Below are positions 24,287-38,259 of a stretch of DNA of 64,000 bases, piece after piece. The stretch lies in assembly GCA_030141605.1 (NCBI GenBank), contig JAQGDQ010000008.1, forward strand, positions 1,488,001-1,552,000. Direction: 5' to 3'. Positions within the stretch are counted from its first letter, which is position 1; every line of letters starts with the position of its first letter. Under the pieces are notes generated by a model that was not told where the DNA came from, ran no database searches, and worked only from the letters and a program-made list of their open reading frames with translations. Origin of the DNA: Tubiluchus corallicola (lineage: Eukaryota > Animalia > Priapulida). The translations under genes were made by a program, and so were the position numbers.

Positions 24287-27203
24287 ATAATGATAATAAA
24301 CGCTTTATTTTACAAACATACTCACAAGTACAATTAACAAATCACACATTTAAATGAATAACGCATACAGGAACAAGTCCTAAATTACACTGCAATAACT
24401 GTTTCATGTGTACAGTGTACAGTTTTTTGCACTTTGGGCTTTGCAGGGTTTAATATTAGTATGTTTACAATATAATAATGTATTTTTAGTTTAAACATAA
24501 TTTATTTAGGATTGGATCAGACAGTTTGTACAACATGATTTAGGATCCTCATCACAACAGACTTTATATACTATTTACAAGAACATTTACAGTAAGAATA
24601 GACTATACTTAGTTTTTAGTATACTTTAGTATACTAAAGTTTTACTACAGTGATACATTAGACATTAGTAGAAAATGACGGTTAGTAAATATTAATGTAC
24701 GATTATTTAAGAACGATGCATTTTATATCAGATAGAAACTACTGGAAGCGTTTAGTACATAATATCAAGTCATGTATACATTGGAATATTTTACAGTTAG
24801 TATCGTAGTTAAATTCATCTTTACCGAATAATAACAACTTCTACAGATCATTATTTCCTAAGACAGCTATATTAAGGTTTTCGGGCAGAAGTATTGCATT
24901 TAATTTATCAAACATAACTACCCTAGCTAGTTGATGCAATGGGCAGTGCAACAAAAAGTGTTCAACAGACTCAAATCGAAAACCACTGTTACAATTCGGC
25001 AATATTGGATGACCGTTATTATCTTTACAGCCTTTAGAGAAAAGGTCATAGTTTAGCAGAGAAAATCCGATTCTCATGCGCGTATGATGCACTGATATTG
25101 GAGGTTTACCAAATGAAAAATGTTTCTTACGCAACGGAAAACTTTAATGAGATTTGAGCTCTTGTTTGAATTGTGAAGTGGATGTAATTTCACGAATGTT
25201 CTGTGGTAAGTTGTTCCACATGTTAATGGTCGATATGAAAAACGATTTTTCACAGCTAACAGAACGGCAATTAAAATTTCTGTATTTAGTACCACTGCGT
25301 ATATAATAGGGGGTAACTTCGTTTACTTTTGGCGGCAGAATTGCACTTAAGTAGTGGGGCACTAAGTCATTGATTATTTTGAAAAAAAGACATAGGCGAT
25401 GATAATGGAAGCGTGTCACTAATTTAGTGAAGCCGCTATCAGACAAGATACTTGCAGTGAAAGATCGAAACATAGCGCCAGAACAGATTCTAGCAGCAGT
25501 TAGCTGAATATTTTCTAACAAACGTATACTTGTTTTCACTGCATCCTGACCATACTACGTTACCATATTCGATGGCAGGGAGAATAGTCGTAATGAATAA
25601 TCGTTCCCGCGTAGCTCTGGGCATATTAACTGACACGCGTCGAAAGTTGTTTAGCTTTAGATTTGCTTTGTCTGCCATTTTTGAGACGTGATAGTTCCAG
25701 TTCAGATCAGATGTAAGATGAATACCTAAATGTTTGTGAGCATTTACAGTTTCCAGTTGAGTATTAGATAAATACAGAGTAGGATATTGAGGAGCATTGG
25801 ATTTACGGGAGGAAAGCATGACTTCGGTCTTATTAGGATTAAATTTAACCAACCAACGTTTGGCCCAGTTTTCAATTATTCTGAGATCTGCCTTTAAGCG
25901 ATTTGCTGATGTATATGGGTCATCCTTAAACGAATCCATTAAATAAAACCGTATCGTCTGCAGAAAGGCGAATATCAGATTGAATGTCTTCTGTTATATC
26001 ATTAACATACACTAAAAATAGAAGGGGACCTAAGATAGAACCTTGGGGGACGCCAGATAAAAGTGACTTCGCATTAGATGTATTACCGTTTAGCGTTACT
26101 CTTTGTGTTCGGTTTCGAAGGTAAGATGATAGCCAAGACAGAAGTTGGCCACTTCCTCCATACTGCTTTAATTTGAATATCAAGCCTGCATGCCACACCT
26201 TATCAAAAGCCTTACTGATGTCCAGAAAAACTCTACAGATTTTAGCACCGTCGTCTAAACTTGTATACAAATTGTGAACGATTGAAGCTAGCTGGTTGAT
26301 TGTGCTATCGTTTGATTTGAACCCCGAGTTCTTTTCCGTCAAAAAGTTATTATCAATAGCAAAGTAGTTATACATCTGATTAAAGACAACGCGTTCTAGA
26401 ATCTTGGACATACATGAAAGTAGCGCCACGGGTCTGTAGTTCAAAACAAGCTGTCTATCTCCGTCTTTGTGTATGGGGCAGACATTTGCAACTTTCCACA
26501 AGCTAGGGAAATGACCTGACTGTAATGAGAAGTTAAACAATTGGGTTAATGGGCTTGATAATGAATCTGCACAAAGCTTAAGTACTTTGTTGCTTATTCC
26601 ATCAGGACCTACAGATTTGCTCGTATTGACGTTATTTAATAGTGTTTTCACTAAATCTTCGTGTACAGTAATGTGAAACATGTATGTATCAGTCTTCGAT
26701 ACGAATCTGGGCAATGAAGCATTTGAAATGTTCAAACGGCACTGCTGGGCAAAGTAATTGTTAAATGCATTGCACTTGGAAATCGCATCACTTATGACAA
26801 CACCAGCTTCATCTATAATGGGAGGAATAAAATTGTCACACTTATTTTTGTAAAAACTTTTAGTAATTTCCCACCAGACTTTAGGGCATGTTTCAGGATT
26901 CAATAGCTTCTCGTTCAGTTTGTCAGAATAGTCACGTTTGGCTTTTTTAACAGCATTGTTGTACTTATTTCTAATAGTAGTATAGGACTGCCACGAAGCA
27001 TTCGTCCTGTTTAATTTATAATTTCTGTGCGCCTTTTCTTTTTGTACTCTAAGCTTTCGAACGTGACTATTCATCCAAGGCTTATCGCGTGGGCGTATTG
27101 TTACAATTTGATTAGGCACACAAGAATCAATCATTTTCACTAGATTGTCAACAAATAATTGAAAACCAACATCAACAGATTCATGTGAAAACACAGCCTC
27201 CAT
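24287..27203 (-). mobile_element. 5'-truncated CR1-like non-LTR retrotransposon with frameshifted RT
   Basis: KPW, GPDG, NYRPVALL, FLDISKAFDKVWH, PQGSILGP, SADD (degenerate), KHLG, ESVEHFLLHC. At least three frameshifts; 3' AATAAA near 24305. Confidence 0.92.
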
Positions 27204-27414
27204 TAATGTATTTTTTATATACTTGTATTTATATATTCAAATAATAATTTATGATATATAATAATAACGTAATATAACAGTAGTAATAATAAATGTTTGT
27301 AGTACTGTATCTCTATATCTTTTGGAACACCCTGTACTTGTAATTTCGTTAAAGCATCGCATAAAGGGCTACAGTTTACAATTACCCAGATTCAAGAAAT
27401 TAGTTAGAGAAGCG

Positions 27415-27718
27415 GATTAGGATTAGTGTTGGGGTTAGGGTTAGGGCTAGAGATAAGGTTAGAATTAGGGATAAGGTTAGAGTTGGGTTAAAGTTATGGT
27501 TAGGCTTAAGGCTAGGGAAAAGATTAGAGTTGGGTTAAGGTTAGGTTTAGGGTTAGGACTAGGGCTAAGGATAATGTTAGAGCTGGGTTAAAGTTAGGGT
27601 TAGGGTTAAGGCTAGGGATAAGGTTAGAATTGGGTTAAGGTTAGGGATAGGGTTAGGGCAAGGTATAAGGTTAGTGTTGGGTTAAGGTAAGGGTTAAGGC
27701 TAAGGGTTAGGGTTAGGA
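27415..27718 (+). repeat. Degenerate (TTAGGG)n telomere-like array
   Basis: About 50 hexamers related to ttaggg (ttaggg, ttaagg, ctaggg, ataagg, ttagag). Confidence 0.85.
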
Positions 27719-28504
27719 TATTTAAATTGTGTGGAGAACTGTAAACTCCTTCCACATAAACAAGCAACTATCAGAAGCTACAAATTAAAAAATGAACCAC
27801 ATTGTTGTAAAAACTTTTAAATTAAATTAAAATTTCCACTGTATATTGTAGAATAAGGAAAACACGAGCGATATTGCGTGTCACGTTTCCATAGACAACG
27901 TGAAATTATTTTGCATTTTTATGGTTACTTGCGCGTTGGCGTCTTGCTTTACGCACGCATTTACGCGCTCAGTCGACGTTGTAAAATAATAAAACATGTA
28001 ATGTAAACTGGCATTTATCCCCCAAACTATAACTAAATTTCTGTAATTTAATGATGGCTGGTGTGATATCATAAAAGTGTGACACGATATTGCTCTATAT
28101 TCTTAATTAAATCAATTTATTAACAGTGATAACGGTTTACTTTACGCAGCAAGTTACAGGATCTATATGCTGTTAGTTTTGACAGAAAGAATTCATTATT
28201 GTCACAATTTTGCAAACTAAAACCCAAATTTAAACAAGACGTATTTGCATTACAATTCTGAAATCCGTGGTTCGAATCTAAACTCACTTCAAACTTTTCG
28301 CAATTAATTTTTCTGGTTTAAGCAAGGTTTAGAATTAAGAACTCAGGGTTCACAGTTTAACAATCTTGAAGTTAGGGCTGTACAATAATATGTAATAATG
28401 AATAGGCTTATATATACATATATAATTTAAATTATAAGTATATTGTGTACTATAATAATGAAATTCTGCAATACATTAAAGGAAGACAAGATGATTTTTT
28501 ATAT

Positions 28505-29090
28505 GTTACCTCATTTTCAAGTACGATAAAAAGTATACATTTTAACACAATTAATACCGCAGAAAAGTTTCTGATAATTAAATAATAGATTAAAAACTTA
28601 ATTAACGGCGGGCGAGCCCAACTATTGATGACATCACAAACTAACATAATTTTCAACAGCAAAAATATCCCGCGAGCGTTTTGCAGGTGTTTGCGAAAGC
28701 GAAAATTGAAGTACAGTACTACTGTAAGATATTCAGTGTGTTGTACTAAAACTAGGCAAGTTTTAAGATAAAATAATTCAATTTTCTCACGCATGAGCTG
28801 TCGAACGTTGTCAGTTCGTTACAAACTAACACATCTGAACTGAGAGGTACAGCACCTGTTTTTTGTGTAGTGCGTTTCCGAAATGCAGCCGCTAGTGTCC
28901 GAATAAGTAGCGAATGGCGAAATGCATGTAACAGAGAAGAACTAGTGGCGCGAACGCGAAATTCTGTTTGTGTGGTAATAATTCTTACACGTAAGTCATT
29001 TCAGAAAAAAATAGTACGTTTCATTTCAATATTTTAAAGAGCAGATTGGTTTTGACCTACAGTTTAAAATTGGGTCCGGATTTGCTTTAA
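28505..29090 (-). mobile_element. Family B repeat, right (inverted) arm
   Basis: Ends tgggtccggatttgct-ttaa; reverse complement of 23350-23947. Confidence 0.75.
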
Positions 29091-29994
29091 TATTAATATA
29101 TTATACGTCAAACATTAGATACCGTGATGTCGATAACAAATAATTGTAATAATTTTACATTACCACTTTGGCTTAAATTTTGCGAACCGTTAGCAAATAT
29201 TATCTAATTAATTTGCGAAATATTGTTTTCATAGCGGAAGAAGAATCTGTTTGCAAATATTGACTTCGTGCGTTCATTATAGCAGGTTAATCATAATAAT
29301 TTTGCTTTTGTCTTATGCAAAGTATTATGAAATTTAGCCGTGCATATTTTTTATCTGTTGCTTATAACTGTTTTTGGATCGATAATGCTCGAGAAAAACA
29401 TATCAGACGTAAAAAATACGAGGCTTTCTTACGTTTGAGTGGTATTGCACAACATCCTGAGAAAAAATAAACATTGAATTAATGGGTAACGAAATGTAAA
29501 AGGTATGAAAATACAATCTAAGTGTTAAGTAGGATTTGCATATGTTTTATCAAATGAATGTTTCTCATATCCTTGATATCTTCGCGTTCGAAGGAAAGGA
29601 CGCACATATGAATGTGTATCACTCAGCATTTCGTCAGTGCATTATTGCGCATGTGCAGTGCCGGATTATGATTTTGGGGCTAATGATATTATGGAGCCTC
29701 CTCAGGCGGAACTCGTCCGCACCGTCTTGAACATTTTAATTTACTGGTGATATGTTTTAGCGACATTTACACAGCATGAAGTAAATTTACTACAAATTCA
29801 TTAACTACACTAGAACAGCTATAAAATATTCTTTAAGAATTACCATTATTTTACTACTTACTGCAAACCAAATTTGCACAGATTTCAACACAACCATTTA
29901 GAGAAACAGATTTTTTACTAAATGTTACCAAAGCTTGTGGGGACCTCGGCTGCAGCTTATACTAGCCTATAGGATAATCCGGTCCTGCGCTTGT

Positions 29995-30300
29995 GTATTA
30001 TTTCGACAGTGCCATATTTCGCCAGTTTATCATTTCGCTAGTACATGTTTCCGCGAATCTATCACTTCGACAGTGCATCATTTTGCCAATGTATCATTTC
30101 GCTAGTCTGTCTATTTGTCAGTTTATCATTTTGCCAATGTATCATTTCGCCAGTGCAACCTTTTGCCACTCTATTTTGCCTTCTATCACTTCGCCAGTCT
30201 ATGACCAGATACACTGCAATCCACATTTAAACATTGGTACACTCTGTCAGTGTGTCATTTGACCACTCTGTCATTTTACCATGTCATTATTTCGCTAATA
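29995..30300. repeat. Degenerate ~16-bp tandem array
   Basis: Units resembling tatcatttcgccagtg. Such arrays are often internal to Helentron/HINE-type elements (inference). Confidence 0.65.
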
Positions 30301-31126
30301 GTGCAATACTAATACACATTTAGGAAGCTCTCACGGGATCATGCTGATAAAGAAGAGAAAAATAATCATAAAAGGAACTGCAAACATTTCGTAAAGTGTT
30401 AGTGCCCCTTGCGGATGCTACAAATCTGATTAGTTTTCTTTAAACCCAACCGTTTTTCTGTATTTTTTGCGTAAACTGCATATGTCAGCCAAACTGCACG
30501 ACGTTTATCGCATGAACGTGTCATGCACCAGAGGCCTACAGGCACATTGCGATTTTGTTAACTTGGTTATCTGGGTAATCTAATAAAGTAGCAGTAGTTT
30601 ATTTTCCATGTTTTAGCATAAAGGAGATCTGTGCGCTTCTCATTCTTGCTGATATGATTAACGGAGTAATACTTTCTACAACCCAGATGCATTAAATTCT
30701 CAGTTAGACTCGCTGAAGAGCAGATTTTCTCCCGTAATTGTATAAAATCCGACAGTGTAAGACGAATTTGCAGGAAATTGCTGAAAATAAATAGGCTTAG
30801 TCATTATTATAAACAAAAAATAAACTCATAAAAACTGTGACTGGTTCGTCTCGTACGCCTTCCAAACACAAGCGAGCTTTTTAAGATTATGACGATAATA
30901 TAGTACAGATAAAAATTAAAGATATAATAGGATATTAAAGGTAATATACATGAAATATTATAAATAATATTATCAAAGATAAAATAAAAACAAACATAAA
31001 ACGCTGTCTGCGTGAATGGAATCCGACCATGATTACAACACTTCATTGAGATATTTGTCGTTATTCGTTTATGCCTTCTAAAGATCAAAGTTCTAAGCCA
31101 CAAAGCGCGTTAATGAGTTTTACGTT

Positions 31127-31570
31127 TAGACCGGTCTGTTAGCCGAAAAATGCCCAAAACGCCGTTAAAATGGTCCAAACAAATATTCCTGAAAGTTCGG
31201 AGCTGTAGCTAGTCAGTTCTCTTTTTTCGGCTAATAGACGTAATTTGGCCACTTCATGTGTTCCCGGGTTACTAGTCGTACTACCAAACGAAAACCCACA
31301 TATAAGTTCCTATTCGTCCCTACTAATAGTAGCCAAGTGTCCATCTATGAACGTTTTAGGTTTCCAAGCCTCCAAGTACATGTACAAGCCTCCAAGGAGC
31401 AGGACCATTTCGTGACCTTTTAGTGTTCTGGGACAGCAGGCCAAAATGCAAAATTTTATAAAATATCCAAAACGCTGTCAAAATGATCCAAGGAAACATT
31501 GCTGAAAATTTGGTAGCTGTATCCAGTCAGTGCCCATTTCTTTGAAAATTGGCCTTAACAGACCGGACTA
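31127..31570. mobile_element. MITE with short terminal inverted repeats
   Basis: Left tagaccggtctgtta and right taacagaccggacta (14/15 inverted match); internal ~70-bp direct repeat at about 31148 and 31461. Confidence 0.7.
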
Positions 31571-32299
31571 ATTGTTCATAAATTATTTCAAAAACCAATC
31601 GACAGGATCGTGGTCAAATTTGGCATAAACCTTGTTCTTACTAGATAGTGGAGAATCTTTTTCCAGCTTGGGATTAAACATTAATTGTCAAGATCATAAC
31701 TCTATAGTATAATCTTTGTAAATTTAGTATTAAAACAGATATTAATGATTATTTTTGCCCAACTTGCGTTATCACACATTTGTCTGACATCAAATTTAAA
31801 TCACACATTCTGTCATTTACAATTTTTTTCCACTTTCCTCATTAGTTTTAACTCTTTATAATCACGATTGCAACTACTAAAATTATATTACTTTTATCTT
31901 CCTCTAACCAAAAACGGCACCGCCTATTAGCACATGTCACATAACCAACAACCCCTTTATCTTGAAAACACAGCCACTGATTCCGTAGTAGGAAATATTA
32001 AAAGAAAGGAATGCTGAAAATTCTGTCTGAGAAAGAAAAAAAGTCGAAATTCTTTGAAATTCAAATGAATTTGAATGAAATTTCCAAGGACATGTCAATG
32101 ACAAATTGTTACTGCTTTACAAGAGTAAAGCTGCTGCCGCTATGTTTCTATGGTTTGAATCGTTCAAAGATGGTCACAGATGTTTGCAGTGGCTATTCGA
32201 CACGTATAGTATTTCACAAAGAATTACTTTATTATTGTAATAAATATAAATATCATATTGTAGGCACAATTGTCTTACTGCCGGTAATATGAAGCCTGC

Positions 32300-32662
32300 T
32301 AAGCTGCGCAGTCACATGATGACGAACTGATTGAAATTTACCTGTTCTGATTGGTTGTGCGCAGTGACGTCACGGCTAAAAGCAAAATGTAGTTGTGCCC
32401 ACGCAAAGAAAGTTTCTTACTGTCTTAATATTAGTGGCGGCGGAACACGCGTTAAATAGCACAACTAGGATTAATTGTTCGTTTCTATTTTAGTCAGGAA
32501 AACTGTTTTTAGAACTGTGGTTAAAACAGAGCCGGCAAAGTGGCTTACAAGAGAGAAAGTAGCACGATTGGCAACGATTTCGTCTCTCTAAAAATTGATT
32601 TTATTTATTATAGTGAACGCGCATTCGGCTGGTACAAACACTTGATACAAAAAGCAACACAG
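32300..32662 (+). promoter_or_regulatory. Candidate Pol II promoter and non-coding first exon
   Basis: CpG-rich patch with an inverted CCAAT box (32350-32354), a full CRE TGACGTCA (32365-32372) and two TGCGCA motifs, then a consensus donor CAG|GTAAGT at 32662. Confidence 0.35.
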
Positions 32663-33299
32663 GTAAGTTGCAAGCAAAATGTTCTAGAAAATTTTGTGTA
32701 ATTATTTACGATTTACCTTTAGAGAGTCTAGAAAAAAGAAAGCAGAGTCAGACTATTTCCTAAATGTACAAGCAACGCTGGTGCAAATTTGCTGCAGTCA
32801 AAAAGTCATAGAGAACGCGATTTATTTTCTCTATGCTATGAGAGAAATTCAGTGATCGAAACGAAATGTAATATTAATTCAATTTATTAATTAACGCTCA
32901 CGACACGTTATGACGCAGGTGAATAGGTCAAGGCTTCTTGCTGCAGATGGATTACCTAAATTCCATCAGGCAGAATGAAGCTCAGTCCCTAATTAATTGG
33001 CTGAGCTAGGCCTACGTTAATGTAGGCTGTGTTAACGATTAGTGTACCTTTTTAATTGCAGATTTCACCCATGCAGCAGCATTCATATCAAATTAAATCA
33101 AATCAAACTTTATTCAAAGACAGGTTTTACATAAACATAAAAACACTAGTTCCTAAGAGCTATTAAGCCGAATATACAACAATAGTAATGTATTACTCAA
33201 GTAATAGTAATAGTCAAGTAACATATGCATTAATACTTAAGTTTATTAGTGGGTGATGTATATAATATGAACACGTTATTACACTTACTTCACGTTTTC

Positions 33300-33870
33300 T
33301 TAAAGGACGAGAAAGGGGGCACCTGACGTAGGGTTCAGAAAAATCGTCTTAAAAATTATACTAATTTACAGCAATTTTACGCGTATATCGTTTTCGCGTT
33401 GAAAGGAATTTTTGGTTTCATTTTAAATTTTCCGCAATACTGTTCCGACCGCGCCATTACGTGACGTCACCTACGCAAACGTAAATCAGCGAAAGAAAAG
33501 ACAATGTTAAATTATGTCTAAAAAATTTTCTATGCAAATCTATATTACTCAGCATTTCGCTTACCTGCTGGAAAGACTTATGTAGCTAGAAATAATAATT
33601 TAAAATGTTTGTGCCAATTGGTAATGCCACTGGCTCACCCTCCAGGGAGCGCCACTCCAAATTAACCATTAACCAAAAATGTATTTTTAATCTTATTGAC
33701 AAGATACAGTAATTTAAAATTTTACTTAGTTAGCAACATGTATGCTACGCATGCTCTGATCATTTTTTAAACTTCACGCAATGTTATCTGAACTTGTTTC
33801 AAACGACCTACCATTAAAATGACTGCGCCTAATGGTCATCGCGGGAGTTTAAATTTACATGTTTTATACA
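33300..33870 (+). mobile_element. Family A repeat copy
   Basis: ttaa-aggacg start; collinear with 13167-13680. Confidence 0.75.
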
Positions 33871-35400
33871 ATTTTTAACCACCTTCACAAAAAAAATTGG
33901 CAGATTGACTTGTTATTGTTCCAAGTTTTGCATCTGTCGCATAAACCCTTTTTCTGGAATACAAAGGAGGCCATTCTGTGATAGGAAAAATTAAAAAAAG
34001 GGAACATTTGAAATCTTCTCTAGGAAAGAGCTGAAATTCTTTGAAATTCAAATGAATTTGAATGACTGGAATATATAATGATGGGGCGCCATGGACTTAC
34101 GATAGCAAAGCTGCTGTTATATTTCTGCGGTTCATATCATACAACAAATACGTTCAATAATGGTTATAGATGTTGTTAGCTGCTGTTCGACACGTATAGT
34201 ATTTCACGAAAAGTTTGATGTACTCTATAATTGTAATAAACATAAATACTATATAGTGTGCGATTAATCACGCCGTACAAATTCGATGAGTGACGAAAGC
34301 TTTATTTTATTTAAGCCTATTCCAGCTGGTAAAAGAACGTTAAAATAATAAGTGGAAAACACAAAACAAAAAGTTTGGTCGAAAGTCAAGTGGTCAACAT
34401 TCATTCAGTCACACAAATTTAGTTTCGGCACATGTTCAGTTTTGTTTCTAGTATCCGATTTCAACACGTGGTTCTTGCACGTTGATCTGATCACGTTGAA
34501 ACTCTTGCGCCAGCCAATTTGTACGATTCGTAGAATTGAGCGTAACGTAGTTCTAAACCAGCCTGATAGAAGATGACAATTTTTACAAATATTAAATCTT
34601 TTCAAATTACTTACGAGAGACGAGCGGCAAAATCACAGAAATTAACGGTTACATTTCATCTCTTACAATGAAATGGTTCAGCCTGCCTGAGCGAAAATTC
34701 ATGTTTGTTTAACGGTTGCTAAGTTATTTTGTGTGTTTTATTTTTTTAAATTTATATAATTATAACATTTGTGACGTTATAACATAATTATATAATGGTT
34801 GCTAAGTAATAGAAACAACTGTCTATATCTATGGTGAGCTCTTGATGTGGATTTACCATAATTGAGCTTTAGATCATAATTATGACGTAATGATCATAAG
34901 CTGATAGAATTGATCATTATATATAAGAGGCGCTGCACAATATATTTGACTCCCTCAATCAAGAATGACACCAGGAAACCGAAAACACTGATTCATGGGT
35001 TATTGAATACTACAGATTTGTAACGGAAATCAAAATTCAGCTTGTCTTCCCTCAAGCTACCTGAAGTCGAAGTGGATATGAGATTAATATTTGCACGAAA
35101 AGGGTGATGTTGTATTCTAGATTCTGATTATCAAAGTCTCAATCATACTCAGAGTCTCGGTCGTCTCAACATGTCCTTCCAACTTCTACTGAGTGAACTC
35201 AGTGGTAGGACATACTGGTATCTGACAGTTTCTACGTGCTTCTTTACGATTTAATTTCTATTTAAGTGTCTTTACAAAATAGTACGCGTATAAATGCCAT
35301 TACAAAACTACAATGTCCGGAATAAGTCGAAATAACAGCATTTTCACAGTGTACGGTGCAGTGCAACTTTAAAAGTGAAGGAAGAGCCATTGTAGTATAG

Positions 35401-35875
35401 TTAAAGGTAAACCGGTTCTCGTTTTGAACTATAGCTCAAAACAATAACCTTATAAAATATTGAAAGGAAACGTACTATGTTTTTCAAGAATGACTTATGT
35501 GAAAAAATTATTACAACATAAGGTAATTTCGCATTCGCGCGGCTAGCTCTTCGTTGTTACATGCGTTTCGCCATTCGCTAGTTAGACGGTCACTAAAGCC
35601 TGCGTCTCGGAAAATGTGTATGATGTAGTGCACACGTTCGACAGCTCATGTGTGAACACAACATTAAACTTGAAATTCGAATTTTAAGCTTAAAATTTGC
35701 CGAGTTTTTGTGTACCACACTGAATGTTGCACAGTAGCACTTCAATTTTCGTTTTCGCAAACACATGTAACATATTCGTGGAATGATTACGCTGTTCAAA
35801 ATTATGTTCAGTTGTGACGACAGCATTAGTTGAGCTCGCGGCGCTCGCCTGCTATTAATTAAGTTTTTAATCTAA
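35401..35875 (+). mobile_element. Family B repeat copy
   Basis: ttaa-aggtaaaccgg start; collinear with 23350-23865. Confidence 0.7.
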
Positions 35876-37594
35876 ATACCTGGAAATCATCGGTAACATT
35901 ATTCACTAAACATATCTGGGAACAATGATTTCGTTAGCCTTACAACGATTATTAAGTATATGTCAACTGTGTGCTCAAATGCAAACGAGTTTCAATTTGG
36001 TAATTACGTATTACATGCCATACCAGACCGAATTTGAAAAAAATATTAATGAAACTTAAGTGACGCTTATGTAAAATTTCGAATACGTTTGCGGATGCGT
36101 GTTCCAGAGCGGAACAGCCTGTGGAGTAGCAAGTGAAAAAATAGGAAATAGCTGCAGAAAAAGAATAACGCATACGCAGGCTGCGTAAAATGGGTGCATT
36201 GAAAACAATATAAACCGATTCTATCTATTCCGCACCACAAAACGCATCCGCATCCGGATGCCATGTAAACGCCACTTTAGGCTGTATAGAGCGACTTATT
36301 TATTAGCTGGGAAAATTCCTGGCTTAGTAGTTTCGAACTTTCTGTTTTTTTTGTTCTATTATGTTACGTCTTGTAACAGTGGACTATTTTAACATTTCCT
36401 GTTATCCTTCCCAAATACGCTGTCTTCAGTTTACTTTTACATTCAAGACGATTTCCTTTTGCGAAGGTAACTATGCTGTTTATTTTGCATTAAATCGTAG
36501 ATAAATAAGCAGGAATTATAAATCGCATGTCGTTTATCGAAGTGACGCAAGGCACTCAACGTTGACAGATGACGCCACTACTTTGAGTTCAGTTTTCGGT
36601 GTGTTTGAAAACTGTTGAGTGTGCAAAACTGTTGCAGTTTTTTGAAATATCAATGAAGTTATAGACCTACAATATTGCAGTTGTGTATAACCATAAATAA
36701 GTGTAATAAGTGGATATTTATACTACGTAGGGATTGACGCGTCATTACCTTATATAAACGTTAGACAATAGTTGGGTAGGTAACATTAGTGGCTGAAAGC
36801 ACGCAATACCATAACTTTACGGCAAAGTTATCTACTTATGGTTTTATCTTTTAAGCTTGGCTAATATATTTTCCATAAAAAATATAAAGTAAAACATGTT
36901 TCACTAAACACATTAAAGCATTTTGCGTTGTGCCTTCAACCCCCAATGTTACACACCTAATATAGTCAGTCATGCGCGCACTTTCCACGGTGTGTATACT
37001 TGCTGCTATCACTTCTATCACTTTCTTCTACACATCAATTCCGTATGGCATTGCATTTTCACCGCGGTGTAGCATGACACACGTTTGAAGCTCTTCATTT
37101 GCTTAAGTTGATTGAACTGCATGCAAAATTTAACGACAATGAAATTTAATGGATTGACTTTCTGACACGAGATGCGATGTGAAGAGGTGTGATGATGAAA
37201 CCATAAAGTAAACAATTTCTAGTAAAATGTAAAACAAACTCGATAATACTGCCTGTGTCCCTTGCTACTGAGATATTCTGAAGTTTAGAACAGTCAGCGG
37301 ATTGGAATGCCGGCTGTGTGCTGTGGATGCCCATATTTTCCGTACTCTTTCAACCGCATTGGAATGTTGTTTTTTGATCGAGGCTCGACCCAAATTGCTA
37401 CCTATCTGATTGTTGTTGCTGTTTGTTGTTGTTGTTGCTGCTGCTGTGGCTGTTGTTGTTGTTGTTGTTGTTGTTGTCGCTTTTCTCTGTTTCTTACTTT
37501 ATTTCTCTCTCGATTTCTCCCTCTCTATATTCGATCTCACAGTGTGTCATTGTTGGGCATTTTCTGGCGCATAAATTAAAGACACTATAAATCC

Positions 37595-38150
37595 GTCGTT
37601 TTACAGATGCGTCTAAAGGCTTTGATTGTGTCAATTTCTATAATTTTTTTAAAAATAAATGACCTTACTACCAAAAATTATTCTAGGTTTCTTAGGTTAC
37701 TATTATTCTAACCAATTAGTATGTGTACGCTGGGGTAATTGCCTGTCTAACAGTTTTCATGTTAGTAATGGCGTAAGACAGGGTGACATTCTTTCACCTT
37801 GGCTATTTAGTTTTTACTTTAAAGAACTTTGTCTTAAATTAAATCAGCTGAAGGCGGGGTGCAGAATTTGCGACAATGTTTGAACAATCTGTTTGCTGAC
37901 GATGTTTGTGTTCTAGCCAAAATAATACCTGTTGTCTAAGTGTTAATATCACACACAGAACTTTTGCCCAAGAATGCGCTGTTGTAATAAATGTTGAAAA
38001 AACCAAATTACTTAGTATCAGGGACAGTTCGCTACAACAACTATGAAATAATGGTATCAGATCAAGAGAAATATTTGCGGCATGTAATTATTAATTTAGC
38101 TGATGATAATGAAGACATAAAACGTCAAAAATACTTGCTAGTCGCTAGAG
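37595..38150 (+). mobile_element. Highly decayed LINE RT fragment
   Basis: DASKGFDCV, VRWGNCLS..SNGVRQGDILSPWLF, LFADD, EKYL. Confidence 0.75.
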
Positions 38151-38160
38151 CTGGGGGGGG

Positions 38161-38258
<98 letters not shown>
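38161..38258. repeat. (GA)n microsatellite
   Basis: Direct reading. Confidence 0.95.
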
Positions 38259-38259
<1 letters not shown>

